From: Bacteriovoracaceae bacterium | GTDB lineage: Bacteria; Bdellovibrionota; Bacteriovoracia; Bacteriovoracales; Bacteriovoracaceae | Reading direction: 5' to 3' | NCBI GenBank assembly: GCA_041546685.1 | Contig: JBFEVX010000007.1 | Location: forward strand, 1,759-65,758 | DNA length: 64,000 nt | Shown here: positions 8,003-17,796 of the stretch, in pieces | How the letters are laid out: the number at the start of each line of letters is the position of its first letter | How positions within the stretch are numbered: position 1 is the stretch's first letter | The notes under the pieces: generated by a model | The model's input: only the letters and a program-made list of their open reading frames with translations | What the model was told of the DNA's origin: nothing | The model's database searches: none | Position numbers and translations under genes: made by a program

Positions 8003-10810
8003 TTAAGAGGCTTTTTTGTTGGCCTTTCTCTCCATCTCTTCGAGCTTCAGTTTAGTGGCATTGAGTTCTTGCTTGAGTTGAACATTGTCCTTCTTGACGC
8101 CATTAAGATCCTCCAGCGCCTTTTTGGAAGCCTCTTCGGCCTTTGCTTTAAGGGTTTCAAGTTGCTTGATCTTTAGCTGAAACTTCTGATCGTTGGCCCC
8201 TGCTCCAGCTGCCTGAGCACGAGCACCACCCTTATTTTTACCTGCAGCTCCGCCGCCCTGCGCAGCATTAATCTGGGCCTGCATAAACTTGATTTTTTGT
8301 TCATAAGATTTGATCTTTAAACCAGCGGCCTTGAGTTTTTCGGTGAATTGTTTTTCTCTATCTTGAAGATCTTTAATCTTGGAAGCTTCTGCCACATTGG
8401 CGGTGGCCTTTTCTTTTTTATCTTCTTGTCTCTGATTCGCTTCAATTTTAAGAAGGCGTACTTCTTCCTCGTACATACTCGACTGTTGCTGGCTTTTCTT
8501 CAACATTCTATTGATTCGCTCTTTTTCTTCTCTAAGTTTATTTATAGTTGAAGTAGATTTTTGACTCTCTTGTCTAAGTTTTGCCATATCGCCTTCCATC
8601 TTCTGACTGATGGCCTTTGTTTTGGCTTCCATATTGTCATTCAGTTGACTCAATCTATTAGTCATCATCTCAAGCTGAGATTTGAGGTTATGATTCTCTT
8701 CTTGAAGTTCAATTGCATTTAATGAATCACCTTCTACTGACTTCCCTTCAGCTCCAGCAGCATTATGAGCGTTCGACAACATTGAAGGGCGATTCTTTAA
8801 TTTCTCAATTTCTTTATCTTTAAGTTCAACTATTTTTTCATTACTCATTCTGACTTTTTCAATCGTACTCTCACGATTTTTAGTTTCACGAATTTGCTTA
8901 TCTAAAGCATTTTTTAAGTAGAGAATCTGCTTATTAAGTTTCTCTTCGATATCATCACTTTCATTACCAACAGCTTCCAAAGTTTCTTCTATATCCTTGA
9001 CCTGCTCTTCAACTCCTGGTGATTCTTCATAGTCAACAGGTGCCTCTCCAGGGTTGACAGAAGTTGCTTCTGCCATTTTTCTAAGTTCAAGATCCTTAGC
9101 CTTCGATTCACTCAATGCATTTTTGAGTTGTACTTTGAGGTAATTAATCTGTTCTTGTGGATTTGCCTTATCAAGATTGCCTTCATCTCCAAGCCCTTTG
9201 AGCTTGGCCTCTACAGCGGCCATACTGGCGATCTGACCTTTCATGATATCGATGAGCTTTTTCATACGAAGAGCTCTTTCATTTGCAGATTGAACCTGAT
9301 TCTTCAATCCTTGAACTTCTCGTGAATGCTCCAGTGCCATAGCTTGTACATCACCACCAGACTGTTCAATTTTTTCTGCAATCATCTGCTCAGTAACTTT
9401 ATCTGCCAAGTCGTCAACCATTGGAGCACAATCATCTTCAATGGCTTCAAGCTCTCTCGCAACAAGTTTCAAAACTTCTGCATTCAGTTCAGTTCTTCCA
9501 CCACCTGACTTTCTAATTTCTTCACTATTTGTTTTGAAATCATCGACAATTTTTAGTTTCTTGACCTGCCAAGTCTCATCTGTAACTTTATCTTCTTCGT
9601 CTTCACTCTTTTTGAAATAACTATTAACCTCTTCAGCACTCATATCCTCAATGCTTTCAGAAAATTTATTCACATACTTTTCACCCTCAAAAGTATCGAG
9701 AACACGATCAATACCCGCATCAATCTTTTTAAGTTCTTTTGGATCTTTGACGGCATCAGCGATATAAGCTTTCTCATCTTCTGATAACGAATCTGCAATT
9801 TCAGGTCTCAGATTGTTGATCATCTGATCAATCTCATCCTGATCAACTTCTTCTGGATTAACGCCTTCAGATTTTTTAACTTTCTGGATAACCTCAACAA
9901 CTCTTTTAATTTTAACCAGATTTTTTTTGTTATCTTCAGATCCCCCAAGAATACTTGTAGACTTCCCAGGCAGTTCATCTGACTCCATTTTGACTGTCGT
10001 CTTGACGACTTTGACTCTCGGTCTTTCGAGTAGTTCTTCTTTTCTCTCTTCAAAGCTCTTGATGTCTTTCAAGCTCATCGAAGTGAACCAGTTTTCTTCT
10101 GGTAGCTTCTTGCTCCAGCTGGCCGTAAATATTACTTTGCTGGCGGACTGAAGATAGGTCACGCTTAAAAAATCTGTTTGTTTCAAAGAATCAGAAACCA
10201 ATGAAGAAAATGGAGCCTTATGACTTGCTGGTTCCAGTGCTTCCCAAAGATAATCTTTGACGAAGTTTTGAACATTCGCATGAATCTGAACCATCATATG
10301 AGAGTCATTCATTCCATATTCGATATCAACAGGAATAAATGCAATTTCACCTTTGTTTAGATAACTGAAGTAAGTCAGAATATTTGTCAGATAGTTTCTA
10401 ACTCGAACAAAATTGAATCCCAATTCAAATGCATCAGTCGCCACGATGTCAGAGTAATAACCAACACTCATATGATCGACCATCTTGATGTTTTCTGAAT
10501 CTGTAATTAATCCACCGGACATGCCATCAACATTAATAAAACCACCTTTTTTGATGGCGTTCTTAACCATTTCATTAAACAGAGGATCCTTCAGCGCTGA
10601 GGGACAGAGAACCATCTCTCCTGAGTTTTTGAAGAATTCAGGTAGACTTGTCGGCATTTCCAAAGATACGTGTGCACCATCTTCTGGTCCAATCAGAAGT
10701 ACATCTTCTCCTGCCTCTTCAGCTAATTCCATTCCGAGATCTTCGATCAAAGAAGTGAGTTCTTCAGGCAATGAATCGTAAATGTATTTATACTTTTTAC
10801 GAGACATCAA
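8003..10810 (-). CDS. Large coiled-coil protein with ~235-aa globular N-terminal domain
   Basis: 935 aa. After the N-terminal domain comes a long E/K/Q/L heptad-rich sequence with an A/G-rich segment near the C-terminus. A 4-nt ATGA overlap links it to the upstream gene. Confidence 0.7.
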   Translation of the reverse strand: MMSRKKYKYIYDSLPEELTSLIEDLGMELAEEAGEDVLLIGPEDGAHVSLEMPTSLPEFFKNSGEMVLCPSALKDPLFNEMVKNAIKKGGFINVDGMSGGLITDSENIKMVDHMSVGYYSDIVATDAFELGFNFVRVRNYLTNILTYFSYLNKGEIAFIPVDIEYGMNDSHMMVQIHANVQNFVKDYLWEALEPASHKAPFSSLVSDSLKQTDFLSVTYLQSASKVIFTASWSKKLPEENWFTSMSLKDIKSFEERKEELLERPRVKVVKTTVKMESDELPGKSTSILGGSEDNKKNLVKIKRVVEVIQKVKKSEGVNPEEVDQDEIDQMINNLRPEIADSLSEDEKAYIADAVKDPKELKKIDAGIDRVLDTFEGEKYVNKFSESIEDMSAEEVNSYFKKSEDEEDKVTDETWQVKKLKIVDDFKTNSEEIRKSGGGRTELNAEVLKLVARELEAIEDDCAPMVDDLADKVTEQMIAEKIEQSGGDVQAMALEHSREVQGLKNQVQSANERALRMKKLIDIMKGQIASMAAVEAKLKGLGDEGNLDKANPQEQINYLKVQLKNALSESKAKDLELRKMAEATSVNPGEAPVDYEESPGVEEQVKDIEETLEAVGNESDDIEEKLNKQILYLKNALDKQIRETKNRESTIEKVRMSNEKIVELKDKEIEKLKNRPSMLSNAHNAAGAEGKSVEGDSLNAIELQEENHNLKSQLEMMTNRLSQLNDNMEAKTKAISQKMEGDMAKLRQESQKSTSTINKLREEKERINRMLKKSQQQSSMYEEEVRLLKIEANQRQEDKKEKATANVAEASKIKDLQDREKQFTEKLKAAGLKIKSYEQKIKFMQAQINAAQGGGAAGKNKGGARAQAAGAGANDQKFQLKIKQLETLKAKAEEASKKALEDLNGVKKDNVQLKQELNATKLKLEEMERKANKKAS

Positions 10811-11856
10811 GCTCCAATAAGGTCTGCATCTCCAAGATGCTTGTCCAAGTTTTTAAATATTCCCACCAGCATTGATTCTAGTCTTGGTGAAAGGGTATTT
10901 TCATTGCATACTTCGCTATCAACTCTTCCATGCAGGAAGACACATGTATTCTCATTATCGAAATTGACCATTTCCAAACCGTAATTTTGAGATACGAAAA
11001 TGATCAATGTTTCGAGATCTGAAAGTTCCGACCATTTCACCCCATGAGGAAACCCGCTTCCATCAGTTTTTTCATGATGCCTTGAAATCAAAGGCATCAG
11101 ATTTTTCATATAAAAGAATTTCTCTTCAGCTTCAGGAAACAAAATGAATGGGTTTTCAGAGTGTTCTTCAAAGTTTTTCTTTTCCTCTGCATCGTTCAAC
11201 AACTGCAAAGGTCTCCCTTTATCTCTCCATTCTTCAGAAATGGCCGCTACCATGCTGTAATTCAAATTTTTAAGGAGGCCACTATCAAAGAAAAATGGAA
11301 GGTGATAAATGTCTTTAAGCACTCTGTAGTCGACATACCCTAAAGCAAGAGAGAAGCAGACCATCAGTGCTCCCTGCAAGGAGTACACTCGATAGAGATC
11401 AAGACTTTTTGTCTTCCACTCGTTCACCATTCTATCTGGTAAATCATTAAACGTGCGATGTGCAGCTTCCATAAGATCCAAAAGTGATCCTTCTGATTTT
11501 CCATTCCAAAAAACGTTTTTAAACCAATTAAGAAAATAAACTCTGACCTTTTCTCTAGCTGAATGACTCTTGGCCTCTCTGAGTTCATCCATAAAAGAAA
11601 CGAACTTATCAACATTCCATGAATACATTCTGTAATTACATGGCAGTGTGTTTTGAGCTTTGAAAAATTTAAGAACGTAATTGTGATCAATAACATCGCC
11701 GGCAGAGCAAAGAGTTACCTTCCCCTTCCAATTGATGTCACCGGGGGCAAAACAAAAATTTTCGAGTTGTTCAAAACTGATTTCAGTATTCAACTGTCCA
11801 GTCTGATGATCATCATCAGTCAAAAAACTCGCGTTCTTTGCACTATCTCGTTCCAT
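10807..11856 (-). CDS. Degenerate HD-GYP-like domain protein
   Basis: Keeps HHEKTDGSGFP (cf. HHE-x-DG-x-GYP). The positions of the HD metal ligands read YRVYSL and FFFDSGLL instead of H-x-RV and HDIGK. 349 aa. Confidence 0.55.
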   Translation of the reverse strand: MERDSAKNASFLTDDDHQTGQLNTEISFEQLENFCFAPGDINWKGKVTLCSAGDVIDHNYVLKFFKAQNTLPCNYRMYSWNVDKFVSFMDELREAKSHSAREKVRVYFLNWFKNVFWNGKSEGSLLDLMEAAHRTFNDLPDRMVNEWKTKSLDLYRVYSLQGALMVCFSLALGYVDYRVLKDIYHLPFFFDSGLLKNLNYSMVAAISEEWRDKGRPLQLLNDAEEKKNFEEHSENPFILFPEAEEKFFYMKNLMPLISRHHEKTDGSGFPHGVKWSELSDLETLIIFVSQNYGLEMVNFDNENTCVFLHGRVDSEVCNENTLSPRLESMLVGIFKNLDKHLGDADLIGA

Positions 11857-11950
11857 TAATATCCTTTTGGAGAATGCTCTTCTCCATATTGCTTATCGGG
11901 TAAAATATTAAAATTGTTAAATTTCGGGGACTTAACCAATTATTTTGGTC

Positions 11951-11979
11951 AAATAAAAAGGGCCGCTAAAAAGCGACCC
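11951..11979 (-). terminator. Rho-independent terminator downstream of oppF
   Basis: Stem GGGCCGCT (11960-11967) / AGCGACCC (11972-11979) with one mismatch and loop AAAA. The A-rich run at 11951-11959 gives a U-run on the minus strand. Confidence 0.6.
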
Positions 11980-12007
11980 TTATTCTTAAAGAAAATTTTA
12001 GAAATGA

Positions 12008-12985
12008 TTAAACTTGAATCGGATTGAAACACTTGTACTCATGTGTTTCCGACTGGTTAGTTATCCCAGGATAATTTTGCTTACACTCATCCTTGGCCAT
12101 CCAACATCTCGGATGAAAATGACAACCAGAAGGAGGATTCATTGGAGAAGGAATATCACCTTCAAGAATAATTCTCTCGTGACTTACATTTGGGTTTGGT
12201 TGAGGAATGGCCGAGAAAAGTGCTTTAGTATAGGGGTGTCTTGAACCACCATAAAGCTCATGTGACTCAGCAACTTCAACCATATTTCCAAGGTACATAA
12301 CTGCAACTCGGTTTGAAATGTACTCAACAACTTTCAAATCGTGAGCAATAAATAGATACGTTAGACCTAGATCCTTTTGAAGATCCATCAACAGGTTCAC
12401 GACCTGTGCCTGAACAGAAACGTCGAGAGCTGAAACCGGCTCATCACAAACGATGAATTCAGGTTCAACAGCTAGCGCTCTGGCAATACAAACCCTTTGT
12501 CTCTGACCACCTGAGAACTCGTGTGGGTATTTATTCAAAGCATCTTTTGGAAGCTGAACTTGATCAAGAAGTTCATAAAGTCTTTTCTTTCTTTCTTCTT
12601 TCCCAGTGTTCAGATTATGAATTTCCATTGGCTCAGAAAGGATCGCACCAACGGTCATTCTTGGATTCAAAGAAGCATAGGGGTCCTGGAAAATGATCTG
12701 CATCTTTCTTCTGACTGCTCTCATTCTCTCTGAATCGAATTTACAAACATCCTCACCATTGAAGAAAACTTCACCAGATGTTGGCTCGATAAGTCTCAAA
12801 ATAGATCTTCCAAGAGTTGTTTTTCCACATCCAGACTCACCAACCAGTCCAAGAGTTTCCCCTTTTTTGATCTTGAATGAGATGTTGTTTACAGCTCTAA
12901 CAGCTCCAACTTCTTTTCCAAAAAGACCACCTTTAATCGGGAATCTCTTTGTCAGGTTTTTTACTTCAATCAAATAATCACTCAT
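12008..12985 (-). CDS. oppF: Oligopeptide/dipeptide ABC transporter ATP-binding protein
   Basis: Walker A GESGCGKT, signature FSGGQRQR, Walker B FIVCDEP. The C-terminal Cys-containing oligopeptide-ABC extension is present. Confidence 0.9.
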   Translation of the reverse strand: MSDYLIEVKNLTKRFPIKGGLFGKEVGAVRAVNNISFKIKKGETLGLVGESGCGKTTLGRSILRLIEPTSGEVFFNGEDVCKFDSERMRAVRRKMQIIFQDPYASLNPRMTVGAILSEPMEIHNLNTGKEERKKRLYELLDQVQLPKDALNKYPHEFSGGQRQRVCIARALAVEPEFIVCDEPVSALDVSVQAQVVNLLMDLQKDLGLTYLFIAHDLKVVEYISNRVAVMYLGNMVEVAESHELYGGSRHPYTKALFSAIPQPNPNVSHERIILEGDIPSPMNPPSGCHFHPRCWMAKDECKQNYPGITNQSETHEYKCFNPIQV

Positions 12986-13002
12986 ATCTTATAAACCTTT
13001 TC

Positions 13003-13989
13003 CTACTTGAGTGGGTTAAAACAACTTACTTCGTGTTCGTTGGCAATAGGGCTCAATGAAGGCTCTTTTCTGCGACATTCATCAGTCACATATGCACATC
13101 TATCCTGGAAGTTACAACCAGCTGGTAGATCGAACAAAGACGGAACCATCCCCTCAATTGTAGCAAGTTTTTCTTTAGACTTACCGGAAGTTGAATCGAA
13201 ACTAGGAATCGATTCAATCAATCCTTTTGTGTATGGATGCTGTGGATGATTGAACAACGTTTTCACGTCAGCATGCTCTACAATTTGACCACAGTACATA
13301 ACAGCAACATCATCACAAGTTTCAGCAACAACTCCAAGGTCGTGGGTAATCATGATGATTCCCATTCCTAGTTCTTTTTGAAGCTTGTTCATCAGTTCGA
13401 GAATCTGAGCTTGAATGGTCACGTCAAGAGCAGTTGTAGGCTCATCCGCAATCAAAATATCTGGCTCACATGAAAGGGCCATGGCGATCATTACCCTTTG
13501 TCTCATCCCACCAGACATTTGGTGAGGGTATTCCGTCACTCTTTTTTCTGGAGAAGGGATACCAACAAGCCTGAGCATGTCGATGGCCTTTTCTCTTCTC
13601 TCTTTCGGAGAAAGGTGACTTTGGTGAAGCTCAAGCACCTCTTCAATCTGGTTTCCAACAGTGAAAACCGGATTCAATGAAGTCATTGGCTCCTGAAAAA
13701 TCATGGCAATTTTATTACCTCTGATTGTTCTCATATTTTCCATTGGAATATTCAAAAGGTTCTCACCCTTGAATAAAATCTCCCCACCAGAAATTCTTCC
13801 TGGAGGATTTGGAATCAGTCTCATAATTGAAAGTGCTGACACAGACTTTCCAGACCCTGACTCTCCCACGATCCCAATGGTTTTCCCTTTATAAACATCA
13901 AAATTCACACCATTAACGGCAGTGGCAACACCACGATCTGTGTTGAATTCAACTTTGAGGTTTTTAACTTCGAGTACTTTTTCGCTCAT
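13003..13989 (-). CDS. oppD: Oligopeptide/dipeptide ABC transporter ATP-binding protein
   Basis: Walker A GESGSGKS, signature MSGGMRQR, Walker B ILIADEP. Adjacent to oppF. Confidence 0.9.
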   Translation of the reverse strand: MSEKVLEVKNLKVEFNTDRGVATAVNGVNFDVYKGKTIGIVGESGSGKSVSALSIMRLIPNPPGRISGGEILFKGENLLNIPMENMRTIRGNKIAMIFQEPMTSLNPVFTVGNQIEEVLELHQSHLSPKERREKAIDMLRLVGIPSPEKRVTEYPHQMSGGMRQRVMIAMALSCEPDILIADEPTTALDVTIQAQILELMNKLQKELGMGIIMITHDLGVVAETCDDVAVMYCGQIVEHADVKTLFNHPQHPYTKGLIESIPSFDSTSGKSKEKLATIEGMVPSLFDLPAGCNFQDRCAYVTDECRRKEPSLSPIANEHEVSCFNPLK

Positions 13990-14017
13990 TTTCTATCCTG
14001 TTATATGGAACTAAATT

Positions 14018-14920
14018 CTACTTACCTTTAAGTTTTGGATCAAGTGCATCACGTAGAGCATCACCGAGGATGTTCAACGCAAGAACGATCACAAACATTG
14101 CAAATGTTGCAGCAGCCAACTGCCACCAAACACCTCTTGCCAACTCAAGCTTGGCATCATCAATCATGGTCCCCCATGAAGGACGTCCCTGAACTCCTAG
14201 CCCCAAATAAGAAAGAATAACTTCTGACTTGATGGCAACTTGGAATTGTAGAGAGAAGTTAATGATCACAATATGAAGAACGTTTGGAAGGATGTGCTTA
14301 AAAAGCTTTCTGAAGTCTTTCCCACCAATCGCCGTTGCAGCATGAACATATTCTCTATCTTTATGCCTGATCACTTCACCTCTGATCAAACGACACAAAC
14401 TCACCCAACTGGTCAAACCTAGTGCCAAGTATACAGCGACAAGACCTTTTCCAAGAATGAAAGTGATGGCAACCAAAAGCATGATTCCCGGAATTGAAGA
14501 GAAAGTTGTGTAAAACCAGACGATGATTTCATCGACCTTTCCACCGTAATAACCAGCAATCGACCCAAGAATGATCCCGATGACCGCTGATATTGAAGCC
14601 GTAAAGAGTCCGATAGACATGGCAACCTGAGTCCCTTTTAGGGTCTTGGCCACAACACTACGTCCAAAGATATCTGTACCAAACCAGTTTTCTGCAGAGG
14701 GAGGCGAATAACTCGCTCCAACTTCCTTGGCCCAGTCACCAGCAATGATATCCACACTGGTAAGAAGAGCAATGATGGAGTAGACAATAAAGATCACTAT
14801 TGCCATGACTGCCATCTTGTCTTTCATAAGAGTTTCAAAAGCATGTCTCCAAAGCGATTTGGACTTCTGCTCATTCTTCTCTTTAATATTATTCGCTGTT
14901 ACCACTTGGGCATTTTCCAT
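14018..14920 (-). CDS. oppC: Oligopeptide ABC transporter permease
   Basis: 300-aa polytopic protein with the binding-protein-dependent transport inner-membrane component pattern. Positioned between oppB and oppD. Confidence 0.85.
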   Translation of the reverse strand: MENAQVVTANNIKEKNEQKSKSLWRHAFETLMKDKMAVMAIVIFIVYSIIALLTSVDIIAGDWAKEVGASYSPPSAENWFGTDIFGRSVVAKTLKGTQVAMSIGLFTASISAVIGIILGSIAGYYGGKVDEIIVWFYTTFSSIPGIMLLVAITFILGKGLVAVYLALGLTSWVSLCRLIRGEVIRHKDREYVHAATAIGGKDFRKLFKHILPNVLHIVIINFSLQFQVAIKSEVILSYLGLGVQGRPSWGTMIDDAKLELARGVWWQLAAATFAMFVIVLALNILGDALRDALDPKLKGK

Positions 14921-14933
14921 CTTTTATCCTTGA

Positions 14934-15875
14934 TTATTTCAATCTCACTCGAGGATCAACAATTGTATAAAGAACATCTGTAATCACACTAAAAATAATG
15001 TAAGCCACTGCTGAAAGAACAGTCATGGCCCTGATCACAGGAAAATCCGAAGAGTTAATCGCATTAAGTGTAATCCCTCCAAGACCTGGAATTCCGAAGA
15101 ATGACTCAATCAAGAGTGCTCCAAGAATTAGAAAAGGAATCTGAATCACAACATATGTAATGATTGGAATCATTGCATTTTTAAGTACGTGTTTGAAAAG
15201 AATGACCTTCTCTCCCAAACCTTTTGAACGAGCTGTTCTCACATAATCCTGGTAAACCTCATCAAGCATAATGGTTCTGAAAAATCTCAGATCCGGCCCA
15301 ATAGAAAGTATGATCCAAATAAGAACCGGCAGCTGAACATAGGGAACCCAATTGGGAAAACCTGAATCATAACCGGAAATCTCGAACCACCCTAGGTAGT
15401 AAGCAAAAAACCATTGTCCAAAAAGAATGTAAGCCAGAGAAGAAATACTCATCAAACCTACACAGATAAAGACTGAAAAACGGTCAAAGAAAGAGCCACG
15501 ATAAAACGCAACCAACAAGCTCAAACTGACGGAGAAAACTGTCGTCAAAACAAACCCAGGAATCGTCAAAGTCAGTGAAGGAATAGCGCCTTCGCTGATC
15601 ATTGATGAAATAGTTTGCTTAGTCGACCACGATCTTCCGAAATCAAAAGTAAAAGCTGACTTGACCAAGTCGAGGTATTGGAAAAACCAAGGTCTATCCA
15701 ATCCCAATTCGTGGCGTAGTTCAGCCATTTGTTTGGCGGTAGCGTGTTTACCAAGAAGCAGGTGAGTTGGATCACCTGCTACGACATTAAAAAGAACGAA
15801 AATAATGAGGCAGACCCCTAGTAGTATGGGAACTACATAGAGGAGCCGCCTTAGGACATATACCCAAATATTCAC
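14934..15875 (-). CDS. oppB: Oligopeptide ABC transporter permease
   Basis: 313-aa polytopic protein with a typical OppB/DppB N-terminus (RRLLYVVPILLGV) and an EAA-like loop (YVRTARSKGL). Confidence 0.85.
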   Translation of the reverse strand: MNIWVYVLRRLLYVVPILLGVCLIIFVLFNVVAGDPTHLLLGKHATAKQMAELRHELGLDRPWFFQYLDLVKSAFTFDFGRSWSTKQTISSMISEGAIPSLTLTIPGFVLTTVFSVSLSLLVAFYRGSFFDRFSVFICVGLMSISSLAYILFGQWFFAYYLGWFEISGYDSGFPNWVPYVQLPVLIWIILSIGPDLRFFRTIMLDEVYQDYVRTARSKGLGEKVILFKHVLKNAMIPIITYVVIQIPFLILGALLIESFFGIPGLGGITLNAINSSDFPVIRAMTVLSAVAYIIFSVITDVLYTIVDPRVRLK

Positions 15876-15888
15876 TTAAAAGAACCTT

Positions 15889-17646
15889 TTAGAGCTTTTT
15901 AATCGCTTCCTGTTTAGCCGTGATATCAACGTTCAAGTACTGAGCCTGACCTGCATTGAAGTCAGCGTTGATGTAGTTCTTAACCCAGCTGTGGAAAAGA
16001 ACATAACTTTGTCTATGGACACCAAAGATCCAAGGCACTTTCTCAGCAGCGATTCTGTTCATCTTCTCATAAAGAGCAGTTCTTTCAGGACTGTCTTGAA
16101 GAACAGCAGCAGTCTTATAAAGTTTGTTGAATTCTTCATTATTATATCCAGAACCATTTGCTCCTGGAGATTTATTTGGTCCATAAAGAAGCTGAAGGAA
16201 GTTTTCTGCATCAGGATAGTCTGCACCCCAAGCAATTCCGTAAAGCATAACTGTTCTGTTCTTGATCTTCTTTTGAAGTTCTGGCCATGGGTTTTGAACA
16301 ACTTTGATGTTCACACCAATTTTAGCCATTTGCTGCTTGAAGAATTCACCAATCTGTCTAGAGATTGTTGAAGAAGGACAGTCATAAGTAATTTCAGGAA
16401 GACCTTTTCCATCTGCAAATCCGGCTTCAGCAAGAAGTTTCTTAGCTAGCTCAAGGTTAGGTCCAATGAATGGATTTTTGTATCCATCGATGTGACCAGC
16501 GATCCCAGGAGGAACAACCGACTGAGCAGGAAGAGCTGTATCGTTATAGAAAAGTTTGTTGGCTGTATACGGATCGAAAGCTGCAGACATTGCTTGTCTT
16601 AGTTTTTCATTCGCGAATAGCTTGTTGTCATGGTTGAAAGCTGTGTAAGTCACATCAAGAGATGGAGTAACAGTAAGGTTGATACCTTTAGCTTTCAAAT
16701 CATCAGTAATTCCTTTTCCTGGAATAACTGCTGAATCGAAGTTATCTTTTGGAATTCCAATGTAATCAATTTTACCTTTTTGAAAGTTCAACCATCTTGG
16801 CTGAGACTCAACTAGGATGTTTACGATAACTTTATCAACAAGTGGAAGTTGCTTTCCAGCATCAGTAAGCATTGACTTGAATTCTTCACTGGCCTCAGTT
16901 GGAAAAGTCTTCTTTCTGAAAGTTGGGTTCTTTGTATAAACAATCTTGTTTGTTTGTTTGAACTCAGGAAGAACAAATGGACCTGTACCAACTGGATGGT
17001 TGATAAATTCACTTCCATAATGTTCTACAACTTCTTTAGCTACAGCAAAAGTAAAAGGCATTGCAAGAGCGTAAAGGAATTGTGGGAAAGGCTTCGCAAG
17101 TGTGAACTGAAGAGTGTATCTATCAATTGCTTTCAAGCCTTCAACTTCTTCAGTGTAATCAACTTTAGGTTGATCACCATACTTGTCTCTCCACTCATTA
17201 AGACCTTTGATCTTTCCATCAAGTAGCCACCATCCAAGTGCTTGAAGCTTTGGATCAGCAAGTCTTTTGATTGAGTAAACAAAATCTTCAGCAGTAAGCT
17301 CTCTTCCCTTTGCATTTGGGAAAGCTTTGTCATCATGGAACTTTACACCTTGTTTGATTTTAAAAGTGTAAGTCATTCCATCGTCTGAAACTGTTGGAAG
17401 AGCTTCAGCCAGGTTTGGAACAAGAGTGTATGGTCTCTTCAAGTAGTGATACTCGAGAAGTCCTTCGTAAACTCTTGCTACTTCGTTAGAGGAGTAAAGG
17501 TCGTTGGCATAGATTGGATCCATACCCTTGATCTTTGCAGAGACTGCAAGGTTCAAGACCTTCTCATTGGACACTTCTTTTTTGGTACAGCTCGTGAGTC
17601 CGAGCACTAGACCAAAAGACAACAAAATCGTGATCATCTTTTTCAT
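15889..17646 (-). CDS. oppA: Peptide ABC transporter substrate-binding lipoprotein (family 5 SBP)
   Basis: 585 aa. Lipoprotein signal MKKMITILLSFGLVLGLTSC. Size and position at the head of the opp operon fit. Confidence 0.85.
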   Translation of the reverse strand: MKKMITILLSFGLVLGLTSCTKKEVSNEKVLNLAVSAKIKGMDPIYANDLYSSNEVARVYEGLLEYHYLKRPYTLVPNLAEALPTVSDDGMTYTFKIKQGVKFHDDKAFPNAKGRELTAEDFVYSIKRLADPKLQALGWWLLDGKIKGLNEWRDKYGDQPKVDYTEEVEGLKAIDRYTLQFTLAKPFPQFLYALAMPFTFAVAKEVVEHYGSEFINHPVGTGPFVLPEFKQTNKIVYTKNPTFRKKTFPTEASEEFKSMLTDAGKQLPLVDKVIVNILVESQPRWLNFQKGKIDYIGIPKDNFDSAVIPGKGITDDLKAKGINLTVTPSLDVTYTAFNHDNKLFANEKLRQAMSAAFDPYTANKLFYNDTALPAQSVVPPGIAGHIDGYKNPFIGPNLELAKKLLAEAGFADGKGLPEITYDCPSSTISRQIGEFFKQQMAKIGVNIKVVQNPWPELQKKIKNRTVMLYGIAWGADYPDAENFLQLLYGPNKSPGANGSGYNNEEFNKLYKTAAVLQDSPERTALYEKMNRIAAEKVPWIFGVHRQSYVLFHSWVKNYINADFNAGQAQYLNVDITAKQEAIKKL

Positions 17647-17796
17647 AGGATCATCCTTGTACTAATATTTGGTAATAATGGTTAAAACCAAAGCTCATGC
17701 AGGTTTAGCCGAAATTTATATATAAAAAGATGAGCTTTTTCCAATTATTCTCTATAAAGAATGGAGACTCGGGGCATCAAAAGAAAATTTCTTACA

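Noticed and set aside
12014-13894. Several 60-94-aa plus-strand ORFs inside oppF/oppD
   Set aside because: All are antisense to ABC ATPase genes that have intact Walker and signature motifs. None has an independent signal.
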